This document shows positions 7,832-13,908 of a DNA stretch of 37,938 nt, piece after piece. Source of the DNA: Kiritimatiellia bacterium (GTDB lineage: Bacteria; Verrucomicrobiota; Kiritimatiellia; RFP12; UBA1067). Made by a program: the position numbers and the translations under genes. Below the pieces are notes generated by a model. The model saw nothing but the letters and a program-made list of their open reading frames with translations. It made no database searches and had not been told where the DNA came from. The first letter of the stretch is position 1, and each line of letters opens with the position of its first letter. Location: the NCBI GenBank assembly GCA_035450385.1, contig DAOTMQ010000002.1:1-37938 (forward strand), in the 5' to 3' direction.

Positions 7832-7949
7832 GTCGTTTTCACACTTTGCGGATCAGATCAATGCCGACGCCGGGACATGCGTCCTGAAGGTCATGGGGAT
7901 GCTTAGCGCGTGTTGTTGGATGAGTTGGAGGGTTTTCATTGGTTCTCTC

Positions 7950-8010
7950 CAGAGCGATCAAATCAAGTACCGCGCATGATAACCTCATGCGCGGAATTGG
8001 ACAAGGCAGG
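7950..8010 (-). promoter_or_regulatory. Promoter-like repeat, copy B2 (TTGTCC-N17-TATCAT) upstream of the truncated DUF4838 locus
   Basis: The -35 element is the complement of 7999-8004 and the -10 is the complement of 7976-7981, with a 17-nt spacer. It is followed by GGAGAG-N5-ATG (7939). Confidence 0.5.
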
Positions 8011-8130
8011 TTTTCGCGCACAGCCGCGCTGCCGCGCTGTGCGCGTTGTGCGCGGAGTTGACATTTAGGAGTTAGGATTTAGGAGTTTTTTGTATGGTTG
8101 CGGGGGGGCCACAGAACGTTCAACTTTCAA

Positions 8131-8179
8131 GTGGCACGGGCATCTTGCCCGTGTTTCATGGGCGGGACGCCCATGCCAC
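8131..8179 (+). repeat. REP-like double-hairpin element, copy 2
   Basis: GTGGCACGGGCATCTTGCCCGTGTTTCATGGGCGGGACGCCCATGCCAC. It is directly preceded by a GAACGTTCAACTTTCAA unit, as in copy 1, and followed by GAGGGTTTTTCAAGAGCCTC. Confidence 0.8.
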
Positions 8180-8281
8180 GAGGGTTTTTCAAGAGCCTCT
8201 GACATGGCAGAGGGCAGCTTTGTGGCTCCAGCCCTTGGCGTTCTTCATTTTGGAAAACTCCGTGAACGATGTTGTTTCACA

Positions 8282-9838
8282 TCAGTAGACGCGGATCTCA
8301 AAAATCTGGGCTGAAGGATCACCCCATGTCGAACGGCATACGATACGCAATGCATCGATTGTGCGGCGGTCGAACGAGTGAACGGCAAGCCGCCGCCAGT
8401 TCTCATCTTCCGACGCGATCTCTGTCCACGCCCCGCCTGTTCTCACCTCCACCGTATAGCTTTTCACAAGGGCTCGCGGCATTACCGCAGGGTGCGTCGG
8501 CATTAGGTCGCTGTTGAACGTAATGCGCACCTGCTGCGCCTCGACCGGTTTTTCCCACGTTAAAGTGATCGTCTGCGGTAGAGCGGCGGCCGCATCCGAG
8601 ACCCACCCGTGTGCCTCGTCATTCACGATACGGCTTGTCCCGTCAATCACGGCCTGTGGCGAAGCGCCTTCGGCATACAGCCAGCCTTCACGGTCCCTAT
8701 CCTTTTTGTTCTGGAAGATACAACTATAATTATTCGTGATGTACCACTGCACGGATGGAGATTCTTGGAAGTAGAGACGCGGCTGCGAACTCGTCGCCGT
8801 CACTGTCGCCCGGCGCGCGTGGTCGCGCGGGTCCTCGTTCTTTACGCCGGGAATGTAAAGATCGTCCCGCAGAAGCCGTTGCTGGAGTTCCTTGAGCCGA
8901 TTCAGTCCCAGTGACTTCGGCGTCTCGCCATACTGCAAGCACATCGCGGCAGCCGTGCCGCACACCTGCCCGAGCGTGGCCAGCGTGGACATCACGCGCA
9001 CGGAACCGAGCGCCATGTGTGAGACGCTCGAGCAGCGTCCCGCAAAGAAAAGATTGCTGAAAGCCGGATTGTAGAGGATCCGGTAGGGGATCGTGTAGAT
9101 CGGCAGCACGGGAGTGTGCTTCCAGTAACCGTTCCCCTTCGGATTCGCAAGCCCGAGCGGATCGTGCGTGTCCATCGACCAGCCGCCGTAGGAGATGCGG
9201 TCGGGGAAGACCGTCGCCGCCTTCTGGTCGTTCCCGGTCAGGATATAGTCGCCCGTGAGCCGCAACGTCTCGCGCCGAGCGACCCCGTAGGGCATGTCTG
9301 TAAGTGCAAAATTTTTCAGCAGGTCCCGATGCTCCCACTTGTTCTTGCCCCAGCCGAAGTAGGCGAACGAAAGACGTACCAGCTCATCGCGCGCGTTCTC
9401 GGGGTCTTCGAAATCATCAACTATGCCGGGATGCGCCATCCGCCACGACGGCCCGAAGCCGTCATGCACGCGCAGACGGCGCGGATATTTGCGCGACCAT
9501 CCCGCAGGCAGGGCATCTTTCGCCCAGTCCGGTGTGACGTAGTCTACGGGATGCCCCATGTCGCTGTAGCCGAAGCACGAGAATCCTTCAGTCGCCAACA
9601 TGCCGCTCATCGTGGTGCGGTCCGGTTGCTCGGGCGCCTCCTTTTCGCCGAACTCGGACTGGCCTTCGCGCCCGAAACGGTAGGGGACCCCCGCGTAATA
9701 ACCGATTTTCCGGGCGCATACGGCGGACGCCAGTCGTTGCTGCGCACCCAGACCGTCCATGTGCCTGCCCGCGGAATTTCCACCGTCGTCACAGCCGGTA
9801 TAAAATGCCAGCACCACGCATATAAGTACGGTTTTCAT
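8282..9838 (-). CDS. FAD-dependent-oxidoreductase-like lipoprotein with a C-terminal discoidin/F5-8-type-C-like domain
   Basis: The start MKTVLICVVLAFYTGC carries a lipobox and has AAGGAG 8 nt upstream. The core ...GGWSMDTHDP...IPYRILY...FFAGRCSSVSHMALGSVRVMSTLATLGQVCGTAAAMC matches the FAD_oxidored family. The C-terminal ~150 aa looks like a jelly-roll (ITLTWEKPV...VRITFNSD...FEIRVY). Confidence 0.65.
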   Translation of the reverse strand: MKTVLICVVLAFYTGCDDGGNSAGRHMDGLGAQQRLASAVCARKIGYYAGVPYRFGREGQSEFGEKEAPEQPDRTTMSGMLATEGFSCFGYSDMGHPVDYVTPDWAKDALPAGWSRKYPRRLRVHDGFGPSWRMAHPGIVDDFEDPENARDELVRLSFAYFGWGKNKWEHRDLLKNFALTDMPYGVARRETLRLTGDYILTGNDQKAATVFPDRISYGGWSMDTHDPLGLANPKGNGYWKHTPVLPIYTIPYRILYNPAFSNLFFAGRCSSVSHMALGSVRVMSTLATLGQVCGTAAAMCLQYGETPKSLGLNRLKELQQRLLRDDLYIPGVKNEDPRDHARRATVTATSSQPRLYFQESPSVQWYITNNYSCIFQNKKDRDREGWLYAEGASPQAVIDGTSRIVNDEAHGWVSDAAAALPQTITLTWEKPVEAQQVRITFNSDLMPTHPAVMPRALVKSYTVEVRTGGAWTEIASEDENWRRLAVHSFDRRTIDALRIVCRSTWGDPSAQIFEIRVY

Positions 9839-10108
9839 TTTGTGAAACTCCTTAGGCGATGTTACTCCAAACAGAACTGAAGCGACCGCATACACGCGTT
9901 TGTGGACCGCTTCCTTGTACACGTGAGCGCGACCCTTTTCCGGCTTGCCCCGAAGCGTAAATCTGGTTACGCTCTGTTTCAGTTACGCATGGGCAAGACA
10001 CTTTCGCCTCCTTCCTGTTTTTTTCACATGGGGGAAGTGTACTTCAATGCGTGGTCGCTTTCAAAACTTAAGGTGTTGCGCTGGCCAGTCGCACACACGC
10101 AAAAGGAA

Positions 10109-12418
10109 ATGAAAATGAGACCTGTTCCTGTTCTACTGTCTCTTCTTGCAATGGCGGTGGCCGCGCGAGGTTTCGCCGAGATCACTGTCGCCGAGCGCGG
10201 CCAGCCTTCCGCCTATACGCTCGTCATCCCTGCGAAGGCTTCTCCGAACGAGCGTTACGCCGCGCAGGAATTCCGTGACTGGACACTCAAACTGACGGGC
10301 GTCGAGATCCCGATCCGCGAGACCACGCCGGTCGCCGCCAAGGCGATTTACTTGAACCGCGAGAAGCCCGACCCCGCGCTCGGCGACGAAGGCTTCGACC
10401 TTGAGGCCGTCGGTGGCGACATCCGCGTCAGCGGAGGTAGGCGTGGTCTCCTTTACGGCGTGTATGAACTCCTTGAGCGTTTCGGCGGCATCGCGTGGCT
10501 TGATTCCGGTTTTACCGACATTCCGCAGACCGATGTCTTCAAAATCCCGTCGGATCTCAAGGACCGGCAACTTCCGGCGTTCGATCGCCGTGTCCACGAC
10601 TGGCGGCAGATAAGCTCAGACATCTCTTTCAGCGCCCGCAGCCGCATCAACCATTATTATCTCCCCGAGCGTCACGGCCGCTCCTATCCGAAGTTCGACG
10701 GGCCGCTTGGTTGGGGCCACACCTTCAGCTACCTCGTCAACCCTGACCAGTATTTCGACGAGCATCCGGAATACTTCAGCTTCTTCAAAGGCAAGCGCCA
10801 GAAACACTATTCTCAGCTCTGCCTCACCAATCCCGATGTCTTCAAGATCGTCCTTGAAAAAGTGCTCGCGCGAATCCGCCACAACAAGACGAAAGGAAAC
10901 AACGTCAAATACTACGGTATCTCGCAGAACGATTGGAACGGTTACTGCGAATGCGAGAAGTGCGCGGCAATCGACGCACGCGAGGAATCGCACGCGGGCG
11001 CCTTGATCGACTTTTTGAACCGTATCGCCGAGGAGGTCGAAAAGGAACATCCCGATGTGATCATCCAAACTCTCTCCTACATGTATTCACGCAAGCCGCC
11101 CAAAAATCTGAAACCGCGCCGCAACGTGATGCCGCTCTTGTGTTCGATCGAGTGCGACTTCTCCAAGCCTATGGCGGAAAACCGCTTTGAGGAGAACGTC
11201 GCTTTCCGCGCGGATCTGGAGAAGTGGCGGAAGATCTCCAACCGTCTGATGATCTGGGACTACGCCGGAAACTGGCGCTCGACCCCGTGCCCGCAGCACA
11301 ATCTGCGCACGATCTGGGAGAACACGCGCTATTACCGCGCCCAGGGCGTGACGGAACTTTTCCATGAAGGCAAAGTCTTGTCCAAAGAGAGCCAAACCGA
11401 AGAGCTCGCCGCGCTCAAGGCATACCTTGCGTCGAAGGCGATGTGGAATCCCGACCGTCCGATGCGTCCGCTGATGGAGCGTTTCTGCAATGCCTATTAC
11501 GGCAAAGGCGGGCCGTTCGTCCTCGAGTACATCGACTTATTGGAGCGGCAACCGGTCGACGAGACGAAGACACCGATCATCTACAGCACCACCATTGACA
11601 AAATGCCGTGGACGGACGAGTTCCTGAACGAGGCGCGCGGGCTGTGGCGGAAGGCGGAGGCCGCGGTGGCGGATGAATCGGCGGCGGTCAAGTCGAACGT
11701 CTTCTGGGGCGTGTTCTGTGCCGACTACTCGTTGCTCTCGAAGTACATCCACGGCGGCGAGTGGCGGCCGGTGATCGTCTCCGAGAAGTTCGCTGCCTCG
11801 ATGGACAGGGATAAGTTCGAGACGATGCGCCGCATCGCGCGGGACATTGTCGCAGTGCTGGACAAGTACCCCGATCAGGTGGTGGTGCTCTCCTCGTATC
11901 TCAACGACTTCCGACACAAAGCGCTGGTGCGCGCACTCGCGGCGGCAGAACTGCCCGGCGGCGGCGACGCAGGCGGTAAGGCAACGGTGCAGGACGGCCT
12001 CATCACCTACAACGATTTTCCGAAGTCAAAGACGATCTTCCGCGAGCGTGACGAAGGGGCGACGGACGGATGGGCGATCCATGTGCACAAGTCCGAACCC
12101 GGATGGGCATGGACCATGACCTTTCACATGCATAACGCGGTGGCGTTCGACGAAGGCGTCAAATACCGCCTGCGGGTGCGGGTACGGGTGACGCCGGAAG
12201 AAGGGGTCGCCCCGGAGAAAGCGATTGTCACATCAGGGCTTTTCGATCGCAATGTGCGCGAGGATGTCCTTTCCAAGAGCGTGAGCGCGGCGGCGTCGAA
12301 GGGAGAATGGGTATGGGTCGATCTCGGCGAATGGACAGCGAAGAACGACAACTACATTTTCCACGTCAGTTCGCACGGTTGCACGTTCAAGCTGGATTTG
12401 TTTGAAATAACCAGATGA
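10109..12418 (+). CDS. DUF4838-domain protein (secreted, putative glycoside-hydrolase-like) with a C-terminal beta-sandwich
   Basis: Signal peptide MKMRPVPVLLSLLAMAVAARGFA. The motif YCECEKC and the following TIM-barrel-like region are typical of DUF4838. AAAAGGAA lies upstream. The ORF-track start at 9902 is rejected. Confidence 0.75.
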   Translation: MKMRPVPVLLSLLAMAVAARGFAEITVAERGQPSAYTLVIPAKASPNERYAAQEFRDWTLKLTGVEIPIRETTPVAAKAIYLNREKPDPALGDEGFDLEAVGGDIRVSGGRRGLLYGVYELLERFGGIAWLDSGFTDIPQTDVFKIPSDLKDRQLPAFDRRVHDWRQISSDISFSARSRINHYYLPERHGRSYPKFDGPLGWGHTFSYLVNPDQYFDEHPEYFSFFKGKRQKHYSQLCLTNPDVFKIVLEKVLARIRHNKTKGNNVKYYGISQNDWNGYCECEKCAAIDAREESHAGALIDFLNRIAEEVEKEHPDVIIQTLSYMYSRKPPKNLKPRRNVMPLLCSIECDFSKPMAENRFEENVAFRADLEKWRKISNRLMIWDYAGNWRSTPCPQHNLRTIWENTRYYRAQGVTELFHEGKVLSKESQTEELAALKAYLASKAMWNPDRPMRPLMERFCNAYYGKGGPFVLEYIDLLERQPVDETKTPIIYSTTIDKMPWTDEFLNEARGLWRKAEAAVADESAAVKSNVFWGVFCADYSLLSKYIHGGEWRPVIVSEKFAASMDRDKFETMRRIARDIVAVLDKYPDQVVVLSSYLNDFRHKALVRALAAAELPGGGDAGGKATVQDGLITYNDFPKSKTIFRERDEGATDGWAIHVHKSEPGWAWTMTFHMHNAVAFDEGVKYRLRVRVRVTPEEGVAPEKAIVTSGLFDRNVREDVLSKSVSAAASKGEWVWVDLGEWTAKNDNYIFHVSSHGCTFKLDLFEITR

Positions 12419-12703
12419 CGGAAAGGCATGGCTTTGCCTTTTCAAACCGCGAATGACGCGAGTGATGCGAATCCGCACGCAGCGCGGCTGCCACAGCCTC
12501 GAAGGGCGCTACATACCAGCATGTTATTACCATTTCCCGCTACGCGGGCGCATAGATCCAAGATTTTCAGGATTGAACAACATCATGTTAATCATGGATC
12601 TCTTCCCGCCGAAGCGAAGCTGTCGGAAATCATGCCCTAAACTTATTCCAAGGTTTTTTCGCGACGCGAGCCGCGCGGCAGGTTAAATCCTAAATTTCCC
12701 TTC

Positions 12704-12739
12704 GGGCGCGGGCCGGTTTCGCGAAACCGGCCCGCGCCC
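12704..12739 (+). terminator. Perfect 36-bp GC-rich palindrome followed by a TTTT tract (terminator-like)
   Basis: GGGCGCGGGCCGGTTTCG|CGAAACCGGCCCGCGCCC, then gtcgcTTTTcc. It lies about 285 nt after the nearest upstream stop, so the transcript it would terminate is unclear. Confidence 0.4.
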
Positions 12740-12784
12740 GTCGCTTTTCCAACGAAATCGAATCGAATACGAAATCGAATACGC

Positions 12785-12812
12785 TTGCCACTTGGAGGCG
12801 TAATCGTATAAA
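12785..12812 (+). promoter_or_regulatory. Sigma70-like promoter for tRNA-Leu (TTGCCA-N16-TATAAA)
   Basis: The -35 element is at 12785-12790 and the -10 at 12807-12812. The tRNA 5-prime end is 19 nt downstream. Confidence 0.45.
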
Positions 12813-12830
12813 GTACGGCTCGTTTTCTCC

Positions 12831-12914
12831 GCTCGGGTGGTGGAATGGCAGACACGTATGTTTGAGGGACATATGCCGAGAGGTGTGGGGGTTCGAGTCC
12901 CCCCCCGAGCACCA
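12831..12914 (+). tRNA. tRNA-Leu (anticodon GAG), type II with a long variable arm, CCA encoded
   Basis: Acceptor stem GCTCGGG/CCCGAGC. Anticodon stem TATGT/ACATA with loop TTGAGGG. T arm GGGGG-TTCGAGT-CCCCC. The variable arm is 13 nt. Confidence 0.9.
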
Positions 12915-12926
12915 TATTGATTTGAG

Positions 12927-12968
12927 GCCCGTTTTTGCTGGCAGGTTGCAGCGAGAACGGGCTTTTTT
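12927..12968 (+). terminator. Intrinsic terminator after tRNA-Leu
   Basis: Stem GCCCGTT...AACGGGC with an internal GCTGGCA/TGCAGC sub-stem, followed by TTTTTT. Confidence 0.6.
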
Positions 12969-12994
12969 ATTGGGGACAGCAAGCCCTCTCGTCC

Positions 12995-13684
12995 TCATCG
13001 CGCGAGCCATCCGCCGTCGACGGGGATGATTGTTCCGTGCACGTAGTTGGATAGGTGGGAGGCGAGGAATACGGCCGCGCCGCCGATGTCCGAAGCCTCG
13101 CCCCAGCGTCCGGCCGGGATGCGCTCGAGGATCTGGCGGGAACGAACCGGATCGGCGCGGAGCGCCGCCGTGTTGTCGGTCGCGATGTAGCCCGGCGCGA
13201 TGCCGTTCACGTTCACGCCCTTCGGCGCCCATTCGTTCGCGAGCGCCTTCACGAGCTGTCCTACGCCGCCCTTCGAGGCCGCGTAGCCCGGTACCGTGAT
13301 GCCACCCTGGAACGTGAGGAGCGAGCAGATGAAGATAATTTTGCCGTTACCACGCGCGATCATGTCCTTGCCGAATTCGCGGGCGAGGATGAACTGCGCG
13401 TTTAGGTTCACGTTCATCACCTTGTCCCACCACTCGTCCGGATGCTCTGCCGCCGGTTTGCGCAGGATCGTCCCCGCGTTGTTCACGAGGATATCGATCA
13501 CGGGATGCGCCTTCTTCGTTTTCTCGATGAAGGCGTAGACGGCCGCACGGTCCGACAGATCGCACTCCGCCGAACAGGTGGTGATTACCTCGGCGCCTTC
13601 GGCTTCGAGCGCCTCGGCGATTCCCTTCCCGATGCCGCGGTTTCCGCCCGTCACGAGCGCCACTTTCCCTTTTAGCATGTCCAT
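12995..13684 (-). CDS. Short-chain dehydrogenase/reductase, KduD (2-dehydro-3-deoxy-D-gluconate 5-dehydrogenase)-like
   Basis: TGGNRGIG (TGxxxGxG), NNAG and YAASKGG (YxxxK). The C-terminal IPVDGGWLA is KduD-like. Confidence 0.8.
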   Translation of the reverse strand: MDMLKGKVALVTGGNRGIGKGIAEALEAEGAEVITTCSAECDLSDRAAVYAFIEKTKKAHPVIDILVNNAGTILRKPAAEHPDEWWDKVMNVNLNAQFILAREFGKDMIARGNGKIIFICSLLTFQGGITVPGYAASKGGVGQLVKALANEWAPKGVNVNGIAPGYIATDNTAALRADPVRSRQILERIPAGRWGEASDIGGAAVFLASHLSNYVHGTIIPVDGGWLAR

Positions 13685-13908
13685 TTGCTATTGTCCTTTC
13701 CCACATCCACATCATTCGACGGCCTTTTTTCGAGCTTCCAGAGCCACCGCCGACATAGTATACTTCCGCTTCTTCATAGGACAGATTCTATCGGATTTAA
13801 CCGTGAATGTTAGGTGTAAAGTTGTTAACATGCGGGTAGGGTTCACGTTATGACGGTCGGCTATGTGGAGTCGGCCTTTATGGTTTTTGGACCGAGGGCG
13901 GCGAGGCA

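Noticed and set aside
8058-8095. Plus-strand TTGACA followed by AGGAG-like tracts and the ATG at 8094 (possible promoter plus small gene)
   Set aside because: No acceptable -10 element lies at 16-19 nt. The AGGAG strings belong to a TTAGGAG tandem repeat, and the downstream ORF reads through the REP element.
9902-10108. Upstream extension of the DUF4838 ORF (track start at 9902), and the 8282-9922 extension of the FAD-like ORF
   Set aside because: The two extensions would overlap each other in the divergent promoter region. Internal ATGs with AAGGAG/AAAGGA sites give a signal peptide (10109) and a lipobox (9838).
12690-13232. 180-aa minus-strand ORF (and 12643-12982) covering tRNA-Leu and the SDR 3-prime end
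   Set aside because: It reads through a canonical tRNA and its terminator, and antisense or out of frame to the SDR gene. There is no support for coding.
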